Assembly: GCA_051294905.1 (NCBI GenBank)
Contig: CM119372.1
Location: 2,110,001 to 2,174,000 of the forward strand
Source of the DNA: Botryllus schlosseri
Taxonomy: Eukaryota
Reading direction: 5' to 3'
Length of the DNA stretch: 64,000 nt
The translations under genes were made by a program, and so were the position numbers. Below are positions 42,551-53,910 of the stretch, one piece after another (within the stretch, counting starts at the first letter, position 1; each line of letters begins with the position of its first letter). The notes under the pieces are model-generated. The model was not told the DNA's origin. It ran no database searches and worked only from the letters and a program-made list of their open reading frames with translations.

Positions 42551-44030
42551 ATGCACACTGCACCGTGTAAGAAAAGCGCAACTCCACCGGGACGGTGGGA
42601 AGTATGAATTCTAAGCTTAAATTATCTTTCATTACGCAAATCCACGAATGATCTGACGCCATTGTTTACGAAGATGCTGCTAAATCTCCATAAAATCATT
42701 TACTTATATATAGTGGATGGATGATCAAAAAATCCGATGCTTGCATGCTGTCTGCCAGAAACTTGTTTCGCATAGTTTAAGTAATTTACCCATTCCCTGT
42801 TCTGTAAGGTTTACCGGAAGATCAAATGCCTATTGACACTACACTGATTTCAGGCTATATGTCCATGGTCCAATAAGTAGGTGCATATATAGCAGGGGTG
42901 AGTAACTTCTCCAGTCGTCGGGGCTGATATGGGAAAATGAAGTATACATTAATCGCGTATATGCACCTGTGTAAGGTTTGTATCAAGGGGCGGGCAATAT
43001 GCGGCCCGCGGACCGGATCCGGCCTGCGACGGGATTTTGAGCGGCCAGCAGAGCTTTTCGACCCTGAAAGTGAATTTCTAATCTGAAAGTATCGAAAATT
43101 ATCACGCGTCACAGGATGGATACAAGTTTGCCAACCTGATAAAGACGTCAATGAAACTACCTGTTCTGTTCGGGTATACATACTAGCAAGCAAACATTAT
43201 CGACCATTAACATAAACAAGACAAGGCTCCGTTCCAAACTAACTGATATTCACGTGCAGTCTTTACTAAGGATTTCTACATCCAACATGCCGCCACAGTT
43301 CAAAAAACTTGTTGACAGCTTCGATTGACCGTAGGTGGTGGCGAACGTTATAATAACGACAGCACCTTTGGGTATGATAGCGACAAATATGGTACCAACA
43401 CTGACAAACGGAGTTTTTAATGAACTTATAGCGCCCAGCCTGGTCATTTCACTCTAACAGTACATCTTGAAGTCATTATGGAATAGCCGTTGGGTATGTC
43501 ACAGGAGAAAATGGATTTTACAAACATTTTGAAATCGCCGTGATTAACCTTACTTCTCCACCTTTTTCTTATTTATTTTCCACAATCCCTAACAAAACTT
43601 CTCGAAATTGCATAATGTTTGTAGCAGTAGGCTATTAGTAATTTTGCAGTTAAGATGAGTTTGCCCATAGTGTGATGTTTCCTTTCAGACGGCCATTCTG
43701 TTGATCTGCGTACTGGAGTTTTACCAGTTATGAAGCTAAACCGTCCTGTGATGTCCCTAATAAGACTATAAAAATTAGGTTATCAAACATATTGCAAATT
43801 TAGAGGTTCCACGGACACCCTGCAAATGCTTCGCGGACCCCCGGTTGATAACCACTGATTTAAATTGTTACTCCTGGATTTTCGGAACGAAATGGACAGC
43901 AGCCTTAGCCTGAGCCCACTCACTACAAAGAGTGTGTATTCACATCCTAAGGGCGGTACACGAAAACATAACATAATCAGATTTATAATAATAATATAAT
44001 AATTTATAGAGCGCCGAATATAACAATATA

Positions 44031-47012
44031 TCATCATCATCATTGGTTTATTTGCAATTTTATCAGTTCAATACACCACAAAAATGCGATACAATGAAAA
44101 GACAGGAAGATGTCGAAGCGACAAGGAGTAGTCTATGGAATCTGACACCCACCTTGGCCTAGGCGATGTAAAGAGGAGGCATGCACACTGAATGAAAGTA
44201 AAGAAGATAGTATAGAAGAAGAATGCGACAAGAAATAGGGCGGCATGTCATGGGAAGCGAGATCGATAGGTCAGTCGTGGTCCGGTAATCTTGAGGATGG
44301 ACTGTATTTATTTAGTAGTAATTGCTTGTATTTCGACTTGAATGTGGACATGCTCGTCGACTGTCGGATGGCCGGCGGGATACTGTTCCACACATCAGGT
44401 CCGGCATATTTGATGGAGCGATGATCTTTTCGGTCGATCATATGATATTTGGACGACGTGGACGCGCGTGTGTTGTACTTGTGCGCTTTTGATTCAGAGG
44501 TAAAGAAGTCATTGAAATATTCGGGGCAACGACCGCAGTGAAACTGATACATAAACTTGGCGATTTCTAGTTTCCGCATATCTTCTATGTTTAAGACGCC
44601 GAATCTCTTCAGCAGCGACTTATTGGATGGGCAGCCAGGCCCCTTTGGGGCCCTAGCTATGATTCGGAGCACTTTATGCTGTAGTTTCTGCAATGGCTTG
44701 AGTGCAGTTTTACTGGCAGCCCCCCAACAGAGGATGCCATAATGTAACTTCGATTGGATTAAGGATTTAAAGAGTATCAGAAGAACCCATGCTGGCATGA
44801 AGCGCCCAAGGCTGTAGAACAGGCCGCACTTCGGTGATAATTTAGTTTCTAGGGACTGAATATGACTCTTCCAGGACATGTTCGAGTCCAGTAAAACTCC
44901 GAGATCTTTGGCATTATCTGTGTTGGAAACGGGCTGACCGGCGATATTAACGGTCAGGTTATTTTTTGAATTAACTGTCAGCAATTGCGATTTCGAGGCG
45001 TTTATGCAAAGGTTGTTCTGGGCCGTCCACTCATGGACTTTGGGCATTTGGTCACCAGTCAGGGCATCCAGCTCTGCCGTCGAAGATGCGGAAGAGAGGA
45101 GGTGAGTATCATCAGCGAACAGTGTGGTGTTCAATGAGGAGGTTTCAAAAATGTCGTTGACATATAAGGTGAAAAGGACCGGTCCAAGTACTGAGCCCTG
45201 GGGCACACCACAGGTCACCGGGTGAGGAGAGGACAAGGTGTCTGAGATCGCAACCATTTGTTGGCGTCCAGTGAGGTAACTTTTCATGAGCTCAAGTTGT
45301 GGGCCCCGAAGTCCGTAACGCGCCAATTTCGAGATGAGAATTTTATGATCTACGCAGTCAAACGCTTTTTTTAGGTCGAGAAAAATGCTACATCCCACAT
45401 TTCGCTTCTCTGAGACATCATAGTACTGTTCGGCCACTGTTAGGAGGGCATGAGCGGTTTGGTGTTTGTTTCGGAAGCCAAATTGTTGAGGGGAAATGAC
45501 AGACATTTTGGCGAGGAATGAGGACAGGCGGGAGAGGAGCAACTTTTCGAATACAATACCGATGCATGGGAGAACGGATATCGGACGGTAGATGGTGACA
45601 TTAGTTCTATCCCCAGCTTTGTGTACAGGGACTACTCTGGCTTTTTTTAGATAGCTTGGGTAGACTCCATTTTCTATCATGAAGTTGAAAAAATGGGCCA
45701 TATATTGACCGATATGCAGGCTTATCATTTTTAAAAACCATGATGGGATTTGGTCATAGCCGTCGGCCTTGTGCGATTTCAGTTTGTGGATGGCTACTTC
45801 TACTTCGTATTTGGTCGTAGGTTCAAGCACAATTGACTGGGATATCGATCTCACCTCTGACCTGGCCGACACAGGTTTTGTAATAGAAGAAGCAATATTT
45901 GGGCCTACGTTACAAAAATATTCATTGAAGTGATTCGCGATGGCCGCCGGGTCTGAAAGTTTGTTTCCGGTATCCGAATTCACAATTTCCGAAACAGACT
46001 TATGCCCTTTTTTTCGATGTAGGAGAGAGTTAAGTCCTGACCATGTTTTTCGAGTGTCCTTTATGTGTCTGTTGAAAAATCTCTCGTTGTACTTTGCTTT
46101 TGCCTTGGAAATGAGATGCACGGTGCGATTCCTGAAACGTCGAAATCTTTCTCGTTCATGTTCTGGGCAGTTCTTGGTGTCTATTCGGTTATGCCACCGG
46201 TTACGTTTACGGATAAGTTGAATCAGCTTTGTGGTCATCCACGGATTTCGCTTCAATTTTCTTTGACTTCTTGAAAGGCGCTGTAGAGGTGCAAATTGTT
46301 CCAGCAGTGATTTGATAGCAGACATAAACTCTACAAATTTTTCGTCAAAGTTGTTTACCGAGATGTGGGGGATGGCTGATGTCTTAAATTGATTGAATGC
46401 GGCATCATCGAGTGCTTCTTCGTCCACTAACTCTCGTCGTCTGCAGAGGTGATATGTTTCGGGGGGTGACCTTTGTTGTTCTTGTGATAGAAAACCAATA
46501 TGGTTGTGGTCACTGATTTTTGCCGAAATGACAAATTGAATGATTTCCATGTCGCGCGAGTTGGTATATATGTGGTCGATCAAAGTCCTTGACTTTTCGG
46601 TTATGCGTGTAGGCTCGGTGATCATTTGGTAAAGACCGGCGGATTTGGCGGCGTTGGAGTATGCGTTGCCTTTGTGTTTTAGAAGGTTTATGTTAATATC
46701 TCCCGCAATGAAACACATCTTTTTGTCGCTGTTGACTTTGTGCAGTGAGCGCTCCAACGCTTTTGCGAATTGGTTCATGTTTTTCGTGGGATGACGGTAT
46801 AATACGGCCACAAGAAAAGATTTGTGAATTCCAATTGGGTGATCAACTTCCAGCCATAGCTCTTCGCAATCTTTGACATTCAGATCGTAGTCCGTGCAAA
46901 TTTCGTAAGGAATTTTTTCTTCAATGTAAAGACCAACACCTCCGTAAGATTTCTTTGACTTCGGTGCCGGAGTATACTCGAAGTTGTAGCCCGATATATC
47001 AACGTGTATCAT
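44031..47012 (-). mobile_element. 5'-truncated LINE with 3'UTR and (ATG)n tail
   Basis: ORF2 is followed by an approximately 240-nt 3'UTR ending AATAAAccaATGATGATGATGA. The same tail recurs near 1420-1540 and 63135-63210. Confidence 0.9.
44271..47012 (-). CDS. Non-LTR retrotransposon ORF2 (partial APE endonuclease plus reverse transcriptase), CR1/L2-type
   Basis: 913-aa ORF with APE motifs (GGVGLYI, VLYRHP, AGDININL, TLIDHIY, SDH) and RT motifs (YRPISVL, QFGFR, FLDLKKAFD, GVPQGSVLGPVLF, FADD). The N-terminal part of APE is missing. Confidence 0.95.
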   Translation of the reverse strand: MIHVDISGYNFEYTPAPKSKKSYGGVGLYIEEKIPYEICTDYDLNVKDCEELWLEVDHPIGIHKSFLVAVLYRHPTKNMNQFAKALERSLHKVNSDKKMCFIAGDININLLKHKGNAYSNAAKSAGLYQMITEPTRITEKSRTLIDHIYTNSRDMEIIQFVISAKISDHNHIGFLSQEQQRSPPETYHLCRRRELVDEEALDDAAFNQFKTSAIPHISVNNFDEKFVEFMSAIKSLLEQFAPLQRLSRSQRKLKRNPWMTTKLIQLIRKRNRWHNRIDTKNCPEHERERFRRFRNRTVHLISKAKAKYNERFFNRHIKDTRKTWSGLNSLLHRKKGHKSVSEIVNSDTGNKLSDPAAIANHFNEYFCNVGPNIASSITKPVSARSEVRSISQSIVLEPTTKYEVEVAIHKLKSHKADGYDQIPSWFLKMISLHIGQYMAHFFNFMIENGVYPSYLKKARVVPVHKAGDRTNVTIYRPISVLPCIGIVFEKLLLSRLSSFLAKMSVISPQQFGFRNKHQTAHALLTVAEQYYDVSEKRNVGCSIFLDLKKAFDCVDHKILISKLARYGLRGPQLELMKSYLTGRQQMVAISDTLSSPHPVTCGVPQGSVLGPVLFTLYVNDIFETSSLNTTLFADDTHLLSSASSTAELDALTGDQMPKVHEWTAQNNLCINASKSQLLTVNSKNNLTVNIAGQPVSNTDNAKDLGVLLDSNMSWKSHIQSLETKLSPKCGLFYSLGRFMPAWVLLILFKSLIQSKLHYGILCWGAASKTALKPLQKLQHKVLRIIARAPKGPGCPSNKSLLKRFGVLNIEDMRKLEIAKFMYQFHCGRCPEYFNDFFTSESKAHKYNTRASTSSKYHMIDRKDHRSIKYAGPDVWNSIPPAIRQSTSMSTFKSKYKQLLLNKYSPSSRLPDHD

Positions 47013-47286
47013 TACTACACTAGGGCGCTGTACATAAAAGGCAATAAAATAGCATCGAGTTGCGTAAGTCTAGTAGTTGCTCTCTATCTATCATTCTTTC
47101 AAGCTATCCTTTGACTATGCAGTTTGCTTGAATACTTATTTCGTCGGCGTGCAGCTAAAATAAAAGCGCTTCCGTGCAATGAAGTCTTGATTAGGCTCGG
47201 AGCTCCGCGATGGACGTCCGCACTGCTCAACGACTAATCACGACTATCACGGTTATAAATCCTACGTGCCTATACGACGTGCATAC

Positions 47287-48271
47287 TAGGGATGGTGTGA
47301 ACCTCTGAAAGGTTCGGGTTCGTGTGAACGCGAACCTTTTTGAAAGGTTCTGTGTGAACACGAACGTGAACCTCGTGACGTCATATTGCTAATTCCAACC
47401 CTATCTTTCAATGAAGTGATAGCCTATATTAATGTACACGATACCTAGCGAAGAATCGGGCCACCTAATGTCGCATTACTGAAGTAGGCTACATATTGGC
47501 GTTTTAAACGTCGCTAAATGTATCAACCGCGGTTATCAAAGGATATAATAATCTCATAAAATCAATACATTCCGTCGCTTTGCCAACAATTTCGACGAGG
47601 ACTTACCATGAAATATAAGCTTACGCCTCAATGGTCTTAGCCAGGCCTGACAATGTGTTCGGAGTCTGAGTATTGCTACATTGATGTTGAGCAGAGTGTA
47701 AGACGGGTTTCTATACTCGCTACTGATACCATAAACAACAAGTTATATAGCAGTAGCCAGCACCTTAATCGAACGAATTTGGTTTTAATGATGCAGTAAA
47801 GATATGAAGTCAAGATTGACCCTGTACGCCCGCTCGATATTTTACATCAGAAAACGATTTCAATGTCATTGATTGGTTGAATAAGCATCATTCGCTGACT
47901 ACGTATATCGCTCGTGATGTTGTGTGATTGCGGGTCAAGCTCACAGCGTAGAGTCACTAAATATTCAAAACGGAAAGCTGAATATTTCGAGAAATTTTTG
48001 GTAACAAAAAACAAGTAAAACTTTTAAGGTTGTCATCGTGCATGCTCGTTTAGTGTTGATTTTTTATGCTGCAAGCGCCATGCATAGAGTGACCCGCAGT
48101 TGAAATGCAATAAACTTGAATCAAAGATCTTATAATGAAGTGCAAATTACAATTTACCAAAAAGGTTCACAGTGCAGAACCTACCAAGGTTCTGTTGTGA
48201 ACGCGAACCTCTAAATTTCCGAGGTTCACACACAGAACACGAACGTGAACCTCACGTTCACACCATCCCTA
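47287..48271. mobile_element. hAT-type MITE
   Basis: TIRs TAGGGATGGTGTGAAC / GTTCACACCATCCCTA with perfect 8-bp TSD gtgcatac. Confidence 0.9.
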
Positions 48272-48954
48272 GTGCATACCTAATTCTACGTCCCTATGTG
48301 CAAGCAACATTTGGATTAAAATGTTTTGTTTGATTTATACCGTGGTACAAGACTGAGGTATAGGTTCTGATTTCGTGCACCACGGGTGTATAAGTAAGGT
48401 ATATAGGCTACACAGTTCCCGCCAGCATCCTGTCATGGGCGGTACGGGTGTGAACACGCACTCTTCGCTAAGAGAGCGCAGTGTAAGAAAAACTCAATTC
48501 TAGCAGGACCTGGGGCGGTGGGCAGTGTGTATTTCAAGCTTGGATTGAATGAAAACTTTAAGCTTGAAGCATGGAGACCAAAAACAGTATTCAATGAATT
48601 TATTTTCTTAATATACATCAATAACTGTTCAAGTCAATGAGACATCTCCGGTCAATCAAAGTTGTCAACAAGTTCTTCGAACTCTCGCCGCATGTCGGAC
48701 GTAGAAACACTTAGGAAAGACCGCACGTGCACATCAGTTAGATTGGAAGTTGCATCTCTGTCTTGGTAATGTTGGTAATGTAGCAAGCAAGCAATGGGTG
48801 ATTGCTACAGACTGCGGCCGCGGGTCACATTATCACGGAAGACCGGAAACTATCTGCGGGCCGTTTGCTGCCTGATATATATATCCTCATGTTCACTTCT
48901 GAAGTCGGTGGCAGGTGGTTCATAATTCCTCTTTCGTCAAAGAACAGGACTTAC

Positions 48955-49233
48955 TTAGTTCTCTTGATCGTAGTAACCTTTTGATTCGACTTCATCCATA
49001 CCGTAGTATCCTCTGGATTCGTCCTCATCGGCATCGTAATAGCCGCGTTTCGCGTCACCAGGCCACGCAGGCCACACAGGTCGCGACCTATGCACGCGGC
49101 TCACAAAACGCACCGTAGGCCTACCTAGGCTAGCTCTCCTTCGGCTGATCGTAACGCGACGGCGGCTCCAGGCGTCAGTGTGTAGGACGAGACCGCCGAC
49201 AACGAGAAGTATCAGTGCGGTTCTCAGCTGCAT
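48955..49233 (-). CDS. Secreted peptide precursor (92 aa): signal peptide, Arg/Trp-rich cationic core, acidic GYY-repeat tail; ascidian antimicrobial-peptide-like
   Basis: MQLRTALILLVVGGLVLHTDA|WSRRRVTISRRRASLGRPTVRFVSRVHRSRPVWPAWP-G|DAKRGYYDADEDESRGYYGMDEVESKGYYDQEN*. A strong acceptor (tctcatctctttttacgcag) lies 7 nt before the ATG. A donor gtaagt follows the TAA directly, with a 56-nt intron to 48899, and AATAAA lies at 48599-48604. A paralog is at 62975-63124. Confidence 0.85.
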   Translation of the reverse strand: MQLRTALILLVVGGLVLHTDAWSRRRVTISRRRASLGRPTVRFVSRVHRSRPVWPAWPGDAKRGYYDADEDESRGYYGMDEVESKGYYDQEN

Positions 49234-50020
49234 GATGAATCTGCGTAAAAAGAGATGAGATGTCAACATAGCACCTTGAACAACGTGCGTAATTCGCTAT
49301 CCAATCACACCTTGTGGTCGTTACAGTGCTATATAGTAGCCTAGCTCTCGATCGATGCTGTGCCGAAATGACTCGCTCTTTATGTAGTCATCGAGACGGA
49401 ATGATTTTCATCGAAAATTATATATACACTTAACGACGGGTCCATCCGGACTTGCTGCAACGCATTGTTATCTTTTGATATATGATGCAATTATGTCAAC
49501 AGAAGAATTTTCGATGATTATCATAACATACGTTCATTTTCAATTTCGAATTTACCCATCCGAATGGACGTGCATCTGGGTGGTATGATAGAGTGCTGGC
49601 ATGACTCGAGTCAGACCCGAATCAACTTTTTTGTATAAATTTACCGCAAACGAAATAATCATAGCTTACAGCCAAACTTGGACAACTAGAAAATTTTCAG
49701 CTTTTCCAAATTTGATTAGAATTAGAATGAAAGCTACACATTTTTTTCAAATTAGATTAGAATTAGAATTGGAGCTGCATAGGTTTTTCCGAATTAGATT
49801 AGAATTAGAATTACTGAATTCGCAAAAACTTGGAAATTGAATGAAATCGTGAATGAGAAAGTAAGACAGCACGCAAAAATCAAGTCCGGTTCATATCAAA
49901 TCACATTGCATTCCGATAAGCATGAGAATGGTTAACTTCTGTACACCAAACTAGGCTCGTTTTGTACTATACCAGGGGTCACCAACACGCGACCCGTTTA
50001 TGATCATGATATTTCTTGTT

Positions 50021-50309
50021 TTTTTTATTTGTTTGTTTGTTTGAGGTAGGCTATTCATGGTGTTTGTCGACTACTATGGTCATTTACGCCAGACCAATTT
50101 CTTCATTTTTATTCCGTAACTGCCGACTTGTAGCACGGCCCACTTCTAGGCTTTTATAAGACACCGCTTACACGGATAATATGGCGAGGAGGAGCCTAGA
50201 TACACCTCCAACACTTGGGTAGGAATTCTGAAGTCGACCTCGGTCATAGACTCGAACCCGCAACCTATTGATGTTGCAGCTGTGGATTATTCCACTCCGC
50301 TATCTCGCC
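50021..50309 (-). mobile_element. tRNA-derived SINE
   Basis: The minus strand starts GGCGAGATAGCGGAGTGG (A-box-like), contains GGTTCGAGTC (B-box-like) and ends in a (CAAA)n/A-rich tail. Confidence 0.7.
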
Positions 50310-50680
50310 ACGTATTTCTTGTTGTATTTGTACTTTTTAAATAAAATATATGACCGGATATATGGCTGGCGGCACTTTAATATTACTTCTCTTGTGGTAA
50401 CCATACCGATCGCCCACGCCCATGCCAGTGAGCACGGCGTTGTACGTAAAGTTTTATAACCGTGGTTGCTCAACTGTGTGGTCTATTTTGTCTCGATATT
50501 CTTCCGGCCCGCGGCCGCTATGAAATTTGAAAAGTTCCCTGCGAAGCGTTTCGACTTTCGAGTTGGCGACTTCTGCATTATACAGTTCTTCTGCGTGGCT
50601 GAAAGCCTTGTAATGAGGAAAACGATTTTCTCTTTTCCAGTAACTCAAATCATCACAGTCCAATGAGTCTATGCTCTCAC

Positions 50681-50946
50681 CATAGTGTCCTATATGGTGA
50701 GGACACAGAGAGAGAATATAAATTTTATTCGTTTCAGGACCATGAATAGTATAAAATTATTATATTTTCGTAATCAGTAGGCTATAACAGCAGATTTTCA
50801 TTGATACCCGTTTTATTGAATTTGGCGCTGGGCAAGCCGGTCAAAATTGGCCGTAAAGTTGCCTTTGGTCAAATGGAAAGTATGACGTAACCCAAATGCA
50901 GCGAGCCGTTCACTCTCGCTGTGTCCACACCATATAGGACACTATG
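50681..50946. mobile_element. MITE with 19-bp TIR and 7-bp TSD (P-like, inferred)
   Basis: TIRs CATAGTGTCCTATATGGTG / CACCATATAGGACACTATG with TSD ctctcac. Confidence 0.85.
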
Positions 50947-51289
50947 CTCTCACGCTCTATGCTGCGAAATATCTTTCCACTGCATCGTCGAATATTTTTC
51001 CTTTGGTTGGATCTGAAGCAATCATTCCCTTTTTCTTGATGTAGTTGAGGGCATGAAAGTGAACAAGCCTGTGATAACTATCTTTTTTTGCTGCTGTTCT
51101 GTTCGTGATCGAAACTAAAAGATTGTTCGCACACTACAAGCGACTATGCTAGCATGGCTTCGTCACAATAACTATTACGACTGTGCGGTAATGCGATGGC
51201 GGTTGGCACTGTATTTCCCTGCGCTAGAGGAATATTATTGTTAACTCGCTGCAAAAAGCCACGGACAAAGATATATTTTCTGGAAAACA

Positions 51290-51535
51290 ATAAATTACAT
51301 TAGAATTAAAATTAGAGTATAGAAACGTTTCACAAATTAAATTAGAATTAGAATTAGAGCATTGGAACATTTCACAAATTAGATTAGAATTAGAATTAGA
51401 GCATTGGAACATTTCACAAATTAGATTAGAAGTAGAATCAGAGCATTATTGAAACATTTCAAAAATTAGATTAGGATTATATCACTGGCATTTTGCTCCA
51501 ATTTAGTGAAATTAGATCTAGTTGTCCAAGTCGGC
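51290..51535. repeat. AATTAG-rich tandem array (about 42-bp unit) from a dispersed element family
   Basis: CAAATTAGATTAGAATTAGAATTAGAGCATTGGAACATTTCA repeated about 4 times. Related CTTGGACAACTAG / TTCTAATTCTAATC elements occur near 745-1160, 6000-6315, 22900-23230, 30055-30930, 36235-36585 and 49675-49970. Confidence 0.75.
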
Positions 51536-52157
51536 TTACATCATACGTCGTTTCACTAGTTGTATATTAATCTGATAACAATTTATCTCTGTTCCTCCGA
51601 CTGCTCAGTGCTGACATTGCGCAGTGCTCACCTTTAACAATCATATTGTATGACCTAAATTGAGCGAATATAGTTTCTGAGTTTATATTACTATCGTCAA
51701 CAGGAGCAGGCCTAAATTGTATCTCACGCAGTGGCGGCTCGTGACAATATCGGGTGGTGGGGCAAGGGCTGCGAGCGACTTTTATCAACATGACGTCACA
51801 ATGGCGTTTTCCAACGTAAAAAAGTAACTTTATGATGCTCACATGAATTTCCCGACAACAGTGATTTTAACGTAGGTGCCGCGAGAGGTTTGCCGGTGAG
51901 CCGTGACTTGAAGTGTGGTAACAAATGTTTTATTCATTTATTTTTTAACAAAGGATTATTTTACAAAATGTACGTGAACTAAGAATCGTCCCTATGCCAC
52001 GAATCAAGTATCAGGTCATCCTTAGTAGCATGCGTTATGATTTCATGGTATAGTTATAGATTACGCAAATCGATAGACCCTAATTTTTCTAAGCCCGTCC
52101 GAAAGTGTTTCGTACACGATCCTGGTGTGTTACGACCACTGAGCTGGTGGTTACGAC

Positions 52158-52431
52158 CAGAGATGGGCGGATTCCAAAATTTCGGGATCCGAATCTATCC
52201 GGATCCGGCTGGCAATTGGAAATTCATAGTCCAAAGAAATTCGGCTGGTGAATGTCCAGTTCGGAATCCGAAAAAATCCTGCCAGAACAATGCTAATTAA
52301 TCATATCACAGCAAAAAAATCCGGCTAAAATCCGACCGTCACCCCAAATTCAAAATCCGGATCCAGTCCGGCCAGGTAAAAAAACATTGAAATCCTGCTC
52401 CGGCTCCTGAACCGGACTGTGGCCATCTCTG
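52158..52431. mobile_element. hAT-type MITE (CAGAGATGG family)
   Basis: TIRs CAGAGATGG / CCATCTCTG with 8-bp TSD gttacgac. Confidence 0.85.
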
Positions 52432-53004
52432 GTTACGACCAGGTGATAATAGGCAACCAAAACGTAGGCACCCGGCGTACGATTGGATCAATAGACTGGA
52501 CAACTTCTAGACCTCTCATTTTCGCTCTAAAGACAACTGCGTAAACTACGTACGGAGCAAAGATTCAATACGATTCATGTTCGCACTTGACTTGACCTGA
52601 CTCATTCCAATGACTAGAACTCGAGAGATTGCGTAAGCCTAACTGGAAAGGTCAACGAGTTCGGACACATACGCAATTGTTATCTCATAGATTGGGCCTG
52701 TCATATTGAATCCAGAACATCAATTTGAATGGTCTTTGAAGAACTAAGGACAGCAGCCTCGGAACTTCGGTCTCGGAACATCATAGGACATTTTGGCCTT
52801 GAAACTGGAGACTGTGACACAACACATACGGCTTACAGTCTATAAGTCTGCTGCGAAATCGCCGTTGGAAAATATACTAATCAATAAATACATGAATAAA
52901 AGCCGTAACTTAGTATACTGTTACAAGAAATCATCGAGAAGTAGCATACGCAATCTCATAACCCATTCCGGTATGGTACACTGTCAAAATCAATACAAAC
53001 AGAC

Positions 53005-53910
53005 GAACACCGAACTTTGAGTAAAATAGATCGAGGAATAGGCTGATCGAATGATCAGCTGTTAGCCGACATCGAAAATGAAATAGCTATCGCATTTGAC
53101 AGGGGATTGTAAGCAAATGGTTTGAAGGCCACAATTTCACAGTGAAATGGACATTGGCGAACATAAAATTATGTGAATATTTGAATGCAAACCGAGAATC
53201 TTGGTCAGCTGTTTCATGCGATCATCGAGATATACCATTGGAAATATCATCACCGATCTCGTTATGGAACGCAGACTATAGATTAGCACAGACCGACACC
53301 GGCTATTGCGTGAGATCCGCAATGACGTAGGTAGGCTAAGTATCAGATCAGCGCGCATCTCTACCATACTCGACCTCGAAAACGAAATAACTGCCTCAAT
53401 CATTGAGTGTCAACTTTAAGACTTGGCACCGTGTTCGATACTAAAATCCAGACATACCGTGCGAAAGCTCATGACAGATCTAGGTATGGAACATCGTTGA
53501 AATCAATAGAGACCAATAACGGCTTTTGCGTAAATTTGTTGGCGATAAATGAAGAGTCAGCTCTTACTCGACTTTGGAAACGAAATTACCACCCACATAG
53601 TTCAGTGACAAACTTAAAACTTGTTACAGCGGTCGATACTAACACTTATCGTGCCAAATGTCATGACCGATCTCGGTATAGAACATCGTCAAAATCAATG
53701 GAGACCAATACCGGCTTTTGAGTAAAATCTGTTTGCATTACTATGTACATGATAGATCAGCACACACTGAACTTCGGAAACGGAATTACTACCATTATCT
53801 TTAAGTAGCAAGCCTGAAACTTGGAGCAGTGTTAAATACTACCTTCACGACATATCATACCAAGTTTCAAGAAATATCATGGTGCGAAACACCGTCAAAA
53901 TCGACCTATT
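53005..53910. repeat. Degenerate tandem repeat, units of about 190-250 bp
   Basis: Recurring gagaccaata.cggctttt..gtaaa and cg.aaacg.aatta motifs near 53290-53400, 53510-53600 and 53700-53800. Confidence 0.55.

Noticed and set aside
49079..49125. Possible 37-nt gtagg..catag intron within the peptide core
   Set aside because: Very short, and removal would shift the frame and destroy the GYY tail conserved in the paralog.
49483..49491. TGATGCAAT C/EBP-ATF-type site upstream of the peptide gene
   Set aside because: A single 9-mer is expected by chance in 64 kb, and there is no conservation evidence in the window.
50225..50309. tRNA-like A/B boxes
   Set aside because: No convincing cloverleaf, and it continues into a body and (CAAA)n tail, so it was called a SINE.
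51290..51480. Regular repeat array resembling CRISPR
   Set aside because: Eukaryotic context, head-to-tail units with no unique spacers, and no cas genes.
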